A stretch of 64,000 nt of DNA from Balanoglossus misakiensis. Taxonomy: Eukaryota > Animalia > Hemichordata. A program made the position numbers and the translations under genes. The notes beneath the pieces are model-generated. The model ran no database searches. It saw only the letters and a program-made list of their open reading frames with translations, and was not told the DNA's origin. The stretch is taken from the NCBI GenBank assembly GCA_040954595.2, contig CM082582.2, positions 8,000,063 through 8,064,062 on the forward strand. Direction: 5' to 3'. Shown piece by piece: positions 9,341 through 23,900 of the stretch; positions within the stretch are counted from its first letter, which is position 1, and every line of letters begins with the position of its first letter.

Positions 9341-12300
9341 ATTCATAAATCGCCTATAGGACCAAAGAGAGAGACACTTAAGAAAAATGTGTAGAAATCC
9401 ATTAATATTCCTCCCTGTGTAAGTTAGTATGAAATTGAAAAAAAATCGGGCGGTCAGAGGGTCAATGAAAACGTTGAAGTCATGAATAACTTCAGAGCTG
9501 TTTGTTGATGAATCATACTTTCCATGTTCAAATTTATATGACCATAAAAGCGAAGTACACGGATCGGCGTGTATGTACCCTTGGCTTCATATCTGCTAGG
9601 TTTATAGGTTTTCAATTTTGATTTGTATTGATCACCATTTTCACGGCCGAGCCAACCTGAGTCAATCAAACTTTGAGCAAACAAATAATAAACGTCCATT
9701 TTATTGCGATCACGAAAAGGTGGGCCCCGGGGGTGTGCTCCTATGTTTGTCAATACGCATACGTGAAGCTCTTTGGATTTTTACCCAGCAATTTTGGCCA
9801 AACGGGGAATGCTTATTCATCCATTCAGTCTAAAAAATATATACCCATCAGCAAGCTTATTTAAACGTAAGTTTGCATTGATTCTATCATCCAGTAATTA
9901 TTTTCAGCGCAGTACGTGTCAATTCGCACCACAAGAAAACAGAGAAAAAAAATCTTCACGGGGAGTTATGCTATCGCTGTGGCTGTCGTATGCAGACGAT
10001 ATCGTTGTCTTAACTACACGCAGTGACATTCAAGGAAACAAAATATCGAAACGTGACCAAACAGACTAATTCGATAGATCTTCACACTGATTGATAGAAC
10101 TGTGAAGTGGAGCAAAACGTTTTTGCAAGATGTAATTTATAGAGAGTTTCCGAGAACCGAGCGGGAGTGATAATTTCGGTGATTGTCGCAATTGTTGAAA
10201 AATTGGATCAAAATAATTCAGGGTCTAACGGTTCAATGACCAGTCTGCTATCTGACCCGGGTTTGGTTTAAAGACTAGACTCTCGAATAATGCGGTGTCG
10301 GCCGGTTGCAGTCATTTTTAATCAAGCTTAATAAAGGATTATCAACCTTGCGTTTCATATCTGCAATATGTGACACTTTTGGATCACGTACAGTAATTTC
10401 CTGGTACCATTCACACGCGCGCGCGTTCACTTCCTCAACTTGGCGCGCGTCGCCGTGGAAACAAGAGCGCGCATTCGAAATGAAGACGCGGCCTTGGAAT
10501 TTTTTGCCCACGCATCCACGGAGATCCGGTGTCTTTCTCCGTACTTTCTTATATCTCTCTGTCGGCGCGGATCCCCCCCCTCCTTGCTAAAATCCAATTA
10601 AAATTCTCACAAGGCATAGCGCCATGCATCCCAGGGATGGCTTTATTAAAATCAAGTGAACTGTTTTGATCACCTTGACTCTTGGTTGGCAAACCTTCAC
10701 TGTATAAAGACAACCTTTTAACAATTTGAAGCATCAGGGATGACGTTATTGCTACTGACGTTTATGAATTTATGTTCCTTTGAATCACACACGATATATG
10801 CCGACAGCATGCGCTTGGAATGAAGACGTATACAGATAGTCTAAGAGGGTGACTGTATTTCAAATACGACCAATCATTTTTTTAACGTGGGAGTTTAATT
10901 GTGATGGCGAATATCAAAATAACGAACACTACCTATACTTTCAATGTCACAGCAACAAGTTGTGGTTTTGACAACAGCTATACAAGTCCAAAACTACCGA
11001 TGCAACGGACGTTACAAAGTACATATAGTTATTATGACAGTGGCACAAATTTTGAGGCCGCGGTGTCTGCGCTTAAACGGGCGCTATTTGACACTTGTGG
11101 CGGACGGATTTGCATCGAGTCTCTGCGTACATCTACTTCCGCCGTCGCTGAAGGAGAACAAAATCTTATGATTTCTAAGAGACGGAAATACCAGTTCCGC
11201 GGCATCCTGGGTTTCCGGCAGAATTCAAACAGAGTCATCAAACCCATCGAGTGGATATGCAAAAGTGCAAACTCTTCTCAGGATGTGTAGATACTTTGGA
11301 AGAAGAGTCAAACATTTTTATAGTGATATCTATACCCTTTTTCACAATAGACGCTTTACGTTTGAGCGCCGGGAACCTCTTTATATGAATTTCATCCCGT
11401 TTTAATACGATTTGCTAAATCGTCTTTTCAAAGGTCACAAAATTCAAACCAACCTTTCGGACGGTATTGTAAACCTAAAATTAACAATATTATCTCTAAT
11501 TTCTAATAATTTTGTTGCCATTTGTTGTTTTTCACGAGACAGTTTTTTTACATGAAGAAATGCTGAGAGATACCGATGCTTTACGATCTTATGGGTCGGA
11601 TTAAATCCAGTTGCCTTTTCAAGGAGATATTTCCAGGCGACCAAAATCGATGAATGCTTTCATAAACTTACCATTCAGGTTTAAAAATCAAGCCTTTTCA
11701 GATGCTAAATTGAAAATTGGGCGACATTTATAGCTTTGGCGTTATTTGTGCACCGTCTGAAAGCGATTGGGGTTATCTGTGTCTGCGGACAAAGCCGAAC
11801 ACTTGTTTCGGAAATTGCGACTTTAAACCATGACGCAGAACTCGCAGACCGTTTAGAATTATTGAATCACGCAGACAATGGAGATCGATATTGAAACAAG
11901 ACACTGCGTATCATATGATGTCAATGGCGTTTTGAAACGCAAGAACTATTTTAATATGAAGAATATACATTCACGACTTCATACAATATTATCATTTACA
12001 AACTCCCTCGAAATGTTTGGCGCCATTATGAACTATAAAAGCGACCTGTGATGTAAAAAGCGCCGTAATTCTCCAATTGGTGTAACCCGCTGTGGTGAGG
12101 GTCGGTGACTTTAACCCTAGAAATCTAACTGTGGTTGTTTCGACACGATATTGCTCGGCAGAATGTGACAAAAATGCGAGGGTCTGTCAGAGTATTATGT
12201 TAGTAGCACGCGCTGTATAATATGAACATTGGTTCTGGCACGATCGTGTTCAGGTGTTGCGCGTGGCTCCGCAATCATTTTCGGATTTGTATCGCGTTCA

Positions 12301-12364
12301 CTTTACAATCGCGAGAACCAGTCTGTCCGGTACGATTCCCTGAATACGCAGTAAATTATCTGAC

Positions 12365-12408
12365 AAAGTAGTCAATCCGAGAGATCTAAAGTAGTCAATC
12401 CGAGAGAT
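12365..12408. repeat. Tandem duplication, 23-bp period
   Basis: AAAGTAGTCAATCCGAGAGAT occurs twice, separated by CT. Confidence 0.9.
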
Positions 12409-15400
12409 GTTTAGTATATACTAGTGTTCTCAATTCTCTCCACGGCCGAGCCTGTCAAATATTTGCGGCAGATACACGGCTTGTGTGACATGCTTGGTGT
12501 AATTGGATCGGTTGCGGCTCCCAAGGTGACTGTGTCTTCCCGGTCCCAACCATCCCCGATCGTAATTGAACATTAAACTTTACTGGAAATCTGCGCAAAT
12601 AACTGGTTCTGACGTTTTACTTCAATATTAGCCGACGAAACGTGGATCGATTTGAGAACGAGCCGGTGACGCCTGCACTGACAAACGAAATCATACCGCT
12701 CCGCTAATTGTGTCTGGGTTACCCGGGCAACGCCGCTGCGCCGCATCATTCTTGGACTTTACGGTCTGTTTACGAGACCAAGGCGGTGGCAAATATTCGA
12801 TCTCTCTTCAGCGAAAATATAAAAACTCACAAGTCTATTAAACTGGTGAAATGGCTGGCATATTTTAAGAGAGCCGAACGCATATGGTCACTTTGCATCC
12901 AGGAATCAGGGTGATGTTGTTGCGATAGTATTAAATGCTATGACGTGTTCTTTTTTATCGTCGGAAAATTTGCCTCAAAGAGAGAATGAATTTAAAATAT
13001 TTACGTTCAACAAAAATATGATTTGGCGGTCCCCGCCCGCGGATTGTTAAAGGGGTCCTCCGCAATCCCCGGTTCTCACATTAGTTGCTGTGTGAAGGGC
13101 TCCTTATCACTTTTTCATTCGTTTGCGCTCAAGGGAGGTTTTTATCCAGGAAGTAAAAGTTCCTGCCACCACGTAAAGGTGATAATTAAGTGGAGGTGTT
13201 GCACGTCTACATATCTGCGTGGGGCGCATGTGTCTCCCCCATAGGATTGCATTGACATTGCCCGTACTACGAAATGATAATGCACTTTGTCAAAACAAAA
13301 CGTTTCAAGGACATGCGCAAATATGTACTTCTAAAGTGCGAATGAAAAAGTTAAGCGGTTTAATTTTGTTCTCTTCTGTCTCTCAGTGCAACCAACCACA
13401 TCTCGCGTCTAGCTCCGGTTTATTGCCCGTTGTCGCAGGCATTATGCGTCGAGTCAATGCAACTGTGAGAGACACGTCAATCAAACTCATTCCGTCCAAC
13501 CTCTACCGTTCCTGTGACTGTTCTGCCGAGTGAAATTGGGTTAATTCCTGCCACCGGGTTCGCGGAGAAAAGGCCGTCGCTAATTTCACTCCCGACGCTT
13601 TCAAGTATCAAACATTGTCCAAGCTCTCAAAGAACTCTGTTCAAGCTCTCTTGTGATCATTAAAGTTGTAGCGACTACCAAATTGATGAAGACTGTTTCC
13701 TTAGTGGAATGGACTTGAGTCAAGTGGGGCTGAAAAGAAAACCAACAAACGGCGCGGCCATAGAAACCATTGCGTCACCCCCAGTCATTGCGCAAAATAG
13801 ACGGCAATCGGAAATTTGGAAACATTCTCAGTGTGTACTTCGGCTAAACGAAGATAAGCATTCTTCGCTAAATTGGGTCTCCTGGCTGATTGCCTTTGAA
13901 AAGATTTGAAGGCGGGATAAATAAAGGTAGATGATTATAGAGTGAGATATTTCTGGTCAACGGAAGGCAGAATGGTCGATACGAATTCGGTAAACGTGAT
14001 ACAATTCAACAGCTGCCATTTAGTCGTCCCGGGAAAGAGGCAAATAGCTGCATTTTCGTACGATTACCGTGTCACGCCATGTTGATAGCGTTTTTTCTGG
14101 CTGCCGGCGTCTCATAGTTATAAAAATATAAAACTTTTCGAGTCTAATATAAATATTTCCCACGAGCAGCGGCCATTTTGCAGCCATTGTAGGCCTATTT
14201 GTATTTATAAATATATACCAACAGTTATTCGCGAGTATTCAATGTTTAACCAGGGAAAGCCAAAATCGCACTTGCTTATAGTATTATATATATACACCTT
14301 TCAAGACAGGCTGCGTAACCTGGACTTTTTATACAAAATGGTACGTTTCTACAACAAAATGAAATTTAGTAGATTGAAGTCAAACGCCTTCATCGATGCA
14401 TTAAGCGGACTCTGCGATACAGCTTTTTTTTCTTGCCCAGTTGCCGAGACAGAATGCTGGCTCGTATAGGTTACCATAGACACAGTTGCCACGGGCAACA
14501 AAGCATTCATGGTACATTTCCCGTAGTGAGTGTAATAGATTTCTCCCCTTGTACCGATTTCGCAGAGTTACCATCATTTAAATTACACCGCTCCGATTTC
14601 ATTATTCAATAAGAATGTTCAGGCCAATTTCTCACGAGTCACTGGTTTGCACCCAGTGTCGACTGCTTATAACCATCGGCACTTTGACGGTGCATGCCGG
14701 CTCGGCAGAATGCGGTTCGAGATACTTGGCCTTCTTCCGTGACGTCACGTTACGTGACGTGACGTATGGGGCATTAGCCACAAGTGTCAAATTCGTCTCG
14801 AGATTTCAGGTGTTGTTTTTTTTCTCTCTCGCGAGATCACATTTTTGAAGCACACAAGTGATGTGGATTTGTGACGCAACTGCCACATAAAATACAGAAT
14901 CCATGTGCCTCAGGGTATGAAAGAATACGTTTGGACCGCTGTCTCTGAAAACACTGTTTTAAATGCATCCAACTCATACAGGAATAGGAAACTGACCGTA
15001 TTGATCGAAGCAAGCCTTTGATCTCGCGTACAAGTAGTGCGACGTGTCTGGCGGTTCGCCATCGCCTCTCACTGTATACTGACGCGCCGAACACAATACC
15101 GTGTTCGATGAATTTTGTAAAGCGCCGAAATCGTTTTTTTTTCTCTCTCTTCGACTCTCATTCAAGCTTCCGAGGGGCACGACTTCCGGCCCAATACATT
15201 ATCGAGCAGTTTGGCATTCTCAGCACTGCCAGCCACGACGCGGGGTAAACACTTGCCGGGAGGCGTATCACCGTCTACCAGAAGTCCGGCTCCACGCTCA
15301 CCATAGACCATCGCTTAAACCGTGCCACGGGGTGTTAGGTTGGCACATTTACTAAGATTAAGGAACAGCGTAGGCCGGTGAAATGCTCACCGAAAACACG

Positions 15401-16957
15401 AGCTCAGAAATCGATTCACTTTTATAGTTACATAAATTAGCCTGGTAATGCCGAGAAACGGCATTTTAGCTGACAGTTTCTTTATTTACAATCGTTTATA
15501 GTCAATGCTGAATGCAATAACACTCTAAGGCAAGAGTTTAAGTTAATTTGACATTCAAAAACCCCCAGTCTTTATATCTCCCAGTAAATCTGCATTTGAG
15601 TCACGCCAATTCTAATAAAACCGACGCTGGTCTTAAAAGTCGTAGTATTCCAGAGTTGCACCCGCAACCCCGACAAATCTCCGAATATTTCATTCAATTG
15701 AAAGTAATGCGAGTTTCTTCTGTACCCCGCTTTCCGTTTTCTTTTCTCATCAAGGAAAGCTCTTAACATTTTATAGAATCGTTAATAAAAAATCACACTT
15801 TCACGCTCGTGGTGATATTGCAACGGAATGCCCATGTAAATCAACCGACAGGGGTGTTTACGCTATCAAAGAAAAGTACAACAGAGATCAATTGATATTA
15901 TTTATGAATGTCTTGGTTTGATTTTCGCCGTTTGGGCGCTGTAACACGGTCGCTGAGTATACGCACAGCGTCTTGAGAAACCCTTGAGACCGTGTTCTGT
16001 TCGGACTGCAAAAACCATTAATTACTCTCAATTGGCAGCCAGCATCAATTTCCATAGATTTTCGCCTTATCAGCGTTATATTTCCATAACTTCGCCGAAT
16101 TCATTCCCGGTTGTCCACTCACGTTTTATTTTTTTAGTGATAATCCATTTCCAATTATTTATAGGTCGCTCTTGTCTGTAAAAACTACCGGCGAGAGATC
16201 AGGGAGTTTCCACGTCAAACGTGACTGCTGTCCAAATCGGTTGATAATTACCAACCAATTTGCTTTCGTTCTCATCGATGGTTTCCCTGCCGTCTACCAT
16301 CCATCATTTCATCAATGTCGGCCTTCATGTGGCAAATTCGCATTTGGTGTGAATTGGGGGTATTTTGGCCATTTTTTTCAACTAATATATTTTACACTAA
16401 TATTTCATGTTTCAGACATGGATTATTGAAGGAGCTAAGTGTGCCCTGGGATTCATAGAAAAATTCTGATGACGCAGTATGAAACGGATAACTCCCAAAA
16501 TGGTAAGAAAAATAATAAATAAAGAAAAGAAATATATGACGATTTTGTTATTCTACCCAATAAAGATCCAACAAATTATCCCTGTTCCCCGGAGAAGCAC
16601 AGTCATAGAGTACACTCCACGGGGATGCATTTTCACTCGTCTTAATTTGCCGCCATTCAATGATTTCTCGCTATAATGGCTTAATTATTAACGAAAATGA
16701 CCCTTTACTGAAATTAGTCGCCGATAGACATGTACCAACAAGTATTATGTCTGGACAATGACTTTACGAGTGAAATGAAAATTAATCAAACGCGTGTATG
16801 CGCGCATGCGTGGACGGTGCATGGTCAAGGTCTGTTTGATTGAAAGTTTTTCCTTTTCAAAAGGAAGGGACGAGAATATTCACTTTCTCCTTCTGTGTCG
16901 TTTCGAAATCAAATCATATCGCCGCATTCCCAGAACACGGTTCCGGAAATGCACTAA

Positions 16958-17075
16958 AGGTATAGAGTCACCCATGCAAATTTAGCTACAGTTACCATGG
17001 TATATTGAGATCTAGCCAATCATGGTTTTTCAGTGGTTGGCACACGCGAAAAAACAGGACGCCCCACATGATAAA
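16958..17075 (+). mobile_element. Family A MITE, left-end copy
   Basis: CTAA|AGGTATAGAGTCACCCATGCAAATTTAGCTACAGTTACCATGGTATATTGAGATCTAGCCAATCA aligns with 6879-6943 and continues to match the 44.2-44.3 kb copy. Right end not found. Confidence 0.7.
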
Positions 17076-17481
17076 TGGCCAATACTGATCAGTATAGTCT
17101 AGGCATACCGCATACAGCCCATAGACAAAGCACCTCTCGCCTCTCGCTCTGACAACACACATGCATATTGCAAGCCAATTACCATCAGCCATGAGTACAA
17201 TTTCTTGCATCGACTCTTCACAGATACGTACAAAACAGTTATGTTGATTAGTTTGGGCAGTTTTATGTGTTGATTTTATCAGTAGTCCGCTCCCCAAATG
17301 TGCGAGGAATAAAGTAATTTGCCGGCAACACACAGGCCACTGAGTATAGTAAAATAATACTAATGAAAGAAATCACAGCTATTATCCTCCTATTAGCTTA
17401 AATGCACCTCTGGGTCAGATTCTCAAAAAGGAAGCCATCGTGCCATCATCATCAATGACACAGCCCCCGCTGAGATTTGGA

Positions 17482-17567
17482 TGCAAATGTTAGAGTACCG
17501 CGATTATTGTCTTCTTATGGAAATTGCAAATGTTAGAGAACCGCGATTATTGTCTTCTTATGGAAAT
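17482..17567. repeat. Tandem duplication, 43-bp unit x2
   Basis: TGCAAATGTTAGAG(T/A)ACCGCGATTATTGTCTTCTTATGGAAAT occurs twice with one mismatch. Confidence 0.92.
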
Positions 17568-20500
17568 CGCATTAGACATGATGCAGACACAGGTTAAACG
17601 CGTATGTCAACTGCGGTTTATAGTCTTGATTCCGACTGAACTGACAGCATTGCCAGCAGTTTGCCTATAAGTAAGTTGAAAGCTGGGTGTATGATGTGGA
17701 GGTGAATGCGCAATGATAGCAGCGCGTGATAGAAGACATTAGAAAAAAAAGCAATCATGTTTCTTCGAACCGAGTACATTGCAACTGACATATATCAAGC
17801 GTTGAGCAGTTGACAGTGTGTAAGACCGGTGACAAAACAGGTAATATAAGTTGTGTTTTAATAACGAGCAAAACAAAATCTGTGTACTGCTCAATAGCTG
17901 ACGTCACGCCCCATTAGGCGCCTTCTCTGCGCGTCTAAGGCAGACTGTATCGTCAGGCAGTGATTTTCCCCAATACACGATTCTTATCGTCTCTTTCATC
18001 CTTTGCTCCATTCAATATTGAGTGGAATGATATTGGAGACTAAAGAACAGACAGACGTGTTCACATGCAGAGTTTGGCAGCCATTTTGAATGCAAATACC
18101 CGAACACCTTTCCACGGCAGTACACCATGGTATAGTGGTCATAGGGATATTCTGTTAGAATTCGCCACACAGAACATTTTTATTGACCGACACAAGTACT
18201 CCACATTCGTTAATGATTAAAGGGGCGTCAAGACACTTACAGAAGCCGAGTGCCAATTTGATTTTATTCCTGGCAGTTTTATACTAGTTGCGAGGCCCTT
18301 CCATTGATGAAATCTCGTGTAACGGGATAACGCTTCTATAGGAGTTTAGGAATGTATTTTCCCTGCGCACAACGCAATTCGCGCAGCGTCCTGATAACGA
18401 GGAATGACCCCTGCGTGACCTTTAAAGCGACACTTGGAAAAGAAAGTAAAGTTTAGTCGGTGGGTGAAAATCTCAGGAGAACTACAGCGTGTAAACGTGT
18501 GACGCCGTGTTTACGTGGCCGGAAGATAATGGCTATAATAGTGGTGTATTGTGTCCGTGGTAAACATTACACCGACAGAGTGATTTGCTTTTGGACCTAT
18601 AAAATATCGTCTTAAAATGTCAAAGTTGTCGTGTTACAAAATGTTGGACGACTCGATATGCGTCAAATGAGGCTTTAAAGCTAAACACGTCAGTACGATA
18701 TTGAAAATAATATGTTAAAATGTTCGGTTGCCAAGGCAATGATAACATCTTTATTCTATCTGCTCCTTCAACTACACGTTGCCGTGTATAATTTAGAACT
18801 TTGTCTCGTGACGTCATAATCTGGAGAAATTAATATGGACGGGCAAAACACGATCAGAGAATGGCGCGCATAGAAAACAGGACTATCACCCCCAAGAAAT
18901 TGTAACTGGATCACTATTCAAAGACTCTCGTGCAAATGCGGTCTTATGGTACAGTTAGCCTCGCGGCAACACCGATTTGCCGGCCGACGGGATGATAGTG
19001 CGATTACTAGACGTACTACTGAAAAAAAATTCCAAAATGCTGGCGAGGAAGAAAATCTCTATTCACGCGCCAACTAATATTTAGGTATTCACAGCGAAGG
19101 TGGGGTACTGCAGTCATTTTTCTACTGTTATCTTTGTGCTACTGACAAGTGCCTATTCATCAACCCATTTACGAAGTCAACCGAGTCAACTTGGATCTGT
19201 ACAAAACCAACAAAACGGCTCATGTGCCTTTGTTTTCTGCAAGGGCGAGTTATTGGACTAGTTTCGCCGACACGAGTCCTTTCAGGTCTGCCCAAAGGAA
19301 TCCTAACTACTTTTGTCAAAAAGTGCTGACCCTCCCCCGCCGTCGATGCTGCCTGCTATGTCGGGCGTGAAGTGTGGTTTTTGCCCGCTTGTCCACAGCA
19401 GTTAACTTCACAATAATTCACTATTAAGTCAACTTTCCAAATAACGCGCTTTCTAAATTGACTTGCAGGTCCGGATTCCGATAAACACCACACAACGTTC
19501 GGCAAGTTGCAAAACCTCCTCGCCTACATCACGCCGTCTCACGTCCTCACCACCCCACTGCGCACGCGCGAGGAGACGCCACTCTTTGCTAGCTTCATTC
19601 CAGGTGCGAACTCTCGGCCACACAGCACGGCAGTTTCACCGATTTCCGCCGGAGAGCCGCGTTTTTATAGACGTGCCGTCCTTTCGACTGACGCAAACCG
19701 ATACAGTTCACATTTGTTGAGGTAGGTGTGGTCTCTTATCCCATGAAATCGTTCTACCATCGTCAGTTTCCAGAAATTCCGACTTATGGCCTACACACCC
19801 GGTAGAGCAACCATTTGAAAAGATTCATCGCTTCGTCTAGCTGCTGGCCCCGGGGCGGACCACGAAACTGTTAGGCAGTCGTGTTTGTTTAATCAGTGCG
19901 TGCCATCGAAAACTGTACGAAAACATTTACTTTTCCGCCAGAAATTTGCATCCCCAAACGAAAACTTGAGCGAAAGCGATAATTTCCTCCCCATCCCCAG
20001 AAACGCTAACACGATGCTAGAAAATCGATAAACGTGTCCGTTAGCTGTGAGCGCAGCGTGAAGTGGACGCGTTTTCATATTCATCTGCGGCCGTGTTTTC
20101 AAATCTGATACGGTTCGGTGCAAATTATTTGAGAAATGCTGCACGTGGAAAATGCTGATCATGACTATGCGTCGTAAAAACTACGAGCCATGACGACCCG
20201 CCGAGATTTACGCACAACATGGCTGTCTGCGCGTAGCGTAAACAGGTGCCATCTATAAACGTGGTACGCTTCGTGTGTATCTGTTCTTATCTAGATGGGA
20301 TTGCGGCAGCCATTTAGTGCCCAGAAAACGCGGTAAAAAATTCGGGCAGTAAAATTAAATCTCTCTCTTTTTTCCTGCTAGCGAATACGTGTCTTAATTA
20401 ATCATAAGGTACTTCCAATCTGTAGTCGTATTATCAACGGGGTTTGCTATATGATGCATGGCAGGAACTCGCTTTTATGCTCAGGCGCATCGTAAATATT

Positions 20501-20851
20501 GCACCATCTAAAGCAGAGCTTTCCTACATGCACGAGTGTCGCCGCGCACTGACAACCATTTTGTCGCTGTTTTATGAAGTCAGAATGGGTGCTATTAATA
20601 CCGATTTGCGTTTCAATAGCTGCCCTGATGCTATCGGCGTCAGCGTGTTGCTCGGTAGCATGCTTCCAAGCACACAGGTGCGCATGCACTCCAAAAACAT
20701 GAACTCCAGATATACGGGTGACGAAATAGCAACTTCTAAAAACAGGTGCTGCGGTCAAAGTACACGGGGACGGACAAAGCAATGAAAACCTCATTCAAAT
20801 AGCGACAACCTGTTTTGTCCACGACCTCTAAAAGTGATGGCTATTATTTAA

Positions 20852-20930
20852 AGGGACACTTCCTGTAAATATTTGAATACATTTTTCCAGCTCTTATGCT
20901 TTGTGATCAACCGTGGTTTCTCGTTATATT
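20852..20930 (+). mobile_element. Left end of a TTAA-flanked element related to the 58405-58672 MITE (family C)
   Basis: TTAA|AGGGACACTTCCTGTAAAT resembles TTAA|AGGGCCACTATATGTAAAT at 58401, with loose similarity for ~65 bp. Right end unclear. Confidence 0.4.
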
Positions 20931-23900
20931 CCAGATAGCACTTCAGTCTAGGGATGGGGGCGTTTCAAGTAAGATTGCTGCGAAAAAAAATCTCCACCAC
21001 GTACGCCACTCTGGTTCTGCTTTCTGAGTGTAATGAAAGTCAGGAAACCATTTCCGATGGTCAAAAATTGTCAAATAAACTACAGTGGGAACGTGTCCGA
21101 CTAGTCGCCTCCGATAACTCAAGAAGCGTTATCCCGACACGTTCCCGGCGTTTGGATAACTACGCAATACCAGAAAAATCAATAAAGGGAATATATTGGG
21201 ATTTCATGGCCCTAATTTGCCCTGCTACTTGTCACACATTAAAGTCAGAAAACTGCTTCGCAGAAATTCCATTAAACGGGCGGGAGAAAAAAAATGGAGA
21301 CGTAAATAGCGTTCTCACCTCTTTTCATTTAAAATATAATGGAAAACAGAGTTACTCTAAGCTAATGATTTTCTGGCTAATAAACAGAGCAAATTCGAAA
21401 ACTACAGCTGCCTGGATTGACATACTGAGGTTGATTCAATTACGTGGACGGTCGTGCTCATTGTTCGAGCGTCAGAAGCAATAGAGCTATAGATATCCCA
21501 CAATTCCACCGACTACCTGTTTTATTAGTCGTCGTAATTTGTGTGGGTTTTCTCTCTCTCGCCGCGTTGCCGGGGTCAGAGGTCACAAAAGTAGCTGTGG
21601 ACAACACTGTGTGCACGCAGGTCTGTTTTTCCCAGTTCTTGCAGTGCACAGTACACCTACTGGAATCTAAATTACCGCGCCCGGCAAGTCATATTAGCGC
21701 TGGCGGGATAGCACACGAACTGAAACTACTTGAGCGCCGTGGAAAATACCAAGAAAGAAAGAGTGCGGTATCTTGGTCTATTACAATCGAATGTAGCCTC
21801 GGGGATCGTGCATTATACAGCTGGGCTCACGCTAACCCATTCTATGGCACAATAATGGTTTGCTTTAGTGCCACGCTGGGCTTCTACATAATCTCTGTTT
21901 TCCAATTGTGAATAATTTTCACCCCGAAAGACGGTCCGGTCTTGTGTTCTTACCCGTTGATTGGTCGAGGCGAGAGTCGTGGGATATATTACCAACAGTG
22001 AGCGATTCCAACACTGCTTTCTTCTTTGCTAATGTTTAGATTTATAGCAGAACGTCGCCGCGCAAACCATTTGCGGCACGGACACTCAAAATAACCTCTG
22101 GTGGAAAGTACAAGAAAATCGCAAGACTTCACTGCAGTTAATTTTTTCAAAAATCAATCAAATAGCAAATATTTCAATTTCTGCAAATAATAATGATGTT
22201 AGGTTTCCATTAGAATTTTTTATCTATTGACTAGCTGGAGAGTAGATGAATCACCCAAGCCAATTTTGGCGTGGGAATTTGTGAGCAGCGCAACAATAAG
22301 ACATCCTTGATTGAATTCGTTGCGAGTCATGTGTAGGAATTACCCCAGTAGTGTCGCACTAGACGCCGGGGAGTGTAAAGTAATGTCGGTCTATTAAAAT
22401 TTTCACTTGCGGCGACCCTTAGCCATGTGTTGCATCTTAACCCCCCCCCTCCCATTTTAAAAAAAATAAATACAAGATTTTGTGGAAACTCCGGATTCCC
22501 GTTAAATGATACAACCACCGTGTTCGTCGTCACGAAACGACAATCAGCTGCAATAAGACGCGCAAATTCTGGTCGCCTACCTTTGGCGATTTTCTTTCAT
22601 AGCAGCCGAGGGGGAGCATCTTCTTAATTTTCCAATATCCGTCAGATACAGGCTGTTCCGCTAACCGTTTATCTGTCTCCAGTGTGGAAACACGTCAAAA
22701 TCAATCTTTCCCCCCAAGAGCGTAAACATATACCAACTGTAAATTCACGCATTCAGCAACACTTGAAAACGACGGTCAGTATACATAAGCAAGACGCTTA
22801 AATATGTATATGAAAATTGTAGTATTTATAGGGAAAGAAAACACGTTAGTCATGCTAAATATGCCAGATGTCACATAGATATATGTCTCTGCATTCTTGG
22901 CAAGGAACAAGACCTTATGATTAATTCCAATCAAAATTACCTCAATGAATTTTAATTACGGTTATTATCGCGCGCAATAAATCACTGCAAGGGATTTATA
23001 AAGCCTCATCGTTCTGTGGAGAATCGTGAATGTGACTAAGGACACTTATCGTGGTTAGTTTAGAATGTCACGTGTAATTTATTCTTGAGGAAGATAATTT
23101 ATGACCGATACATAATGCGTTGCTATTGGGCGGGGGGATATCGCAGTGCATTCCCCCGCACTTACGTTTCGCAATCGATCACGTTACATTCAATAATGGC
23201 AAATGTTCTTCTGTAATGCATCTGGAAAAAATCGAGATTGAGATCCAGATCGATTTCCGAAATAACGCTTTTGATCCCCGTCGAAGGCACATCCACACCG
23301 TTGCTATGTCTCAGTCGCCACGCGGAGGAAGTCTGGAAGAGGCTCCTGCCGATCAATATTGGTTTCCAGCGGTGGATGAATTGTTTCCGTTGTATATCGC
23401 GATTTGAGAAACCAACCTGGAGTAGAATTAATTAACATTTTAATGACGAACCTAAATGACACCCCCTTTCTTTATCATGCCAGTGCAGCGTAAAAGTGGT
23501 CACAAAGGTCGAGTGATAAAAAAACATCCCGCCCCCGGCGTTTGAACATGAGCACTGGATTAGAATCTTTCGCTAGCAATCTTGCACCAACTGAATGGCA
23601 TGACTGCTACTCGCTTTTTATAACTAATCATGACAAATTATTATCCGTGTGCTAAGTAAAGTGGATAATCCACCCGACTAATACTCTCGCATCTTCGTTG
23701 ACAAGACACAAGTTAAACATCGTGTGTCCGAGTCAGGCAGATATCCGCTAAAGCATCCTGCCCAGATCCCCCCTGATCCTGTTCATATCCCGTTGATCCG
23801 TATTTAATCTGTGCTTGGTTCCACTGTTACTTTTATCCAGTCACACGTGGTATGGGGAGTTTGTACATGTCTTCCGAATCAATTGTGCACGCCAGGCGAA

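Noticed and set aside
18125-18170. tRNA/SINE A-box-like TGGTATAGTGG
   Set aside because: No properly spaced B box and no cloverleaf.
20954-21911. Longest intergenic ORFs (176 and 155 aa)
   Set aside because: No homology or transposase/RT motifs recognised; adjacent to a decayed MITE end.
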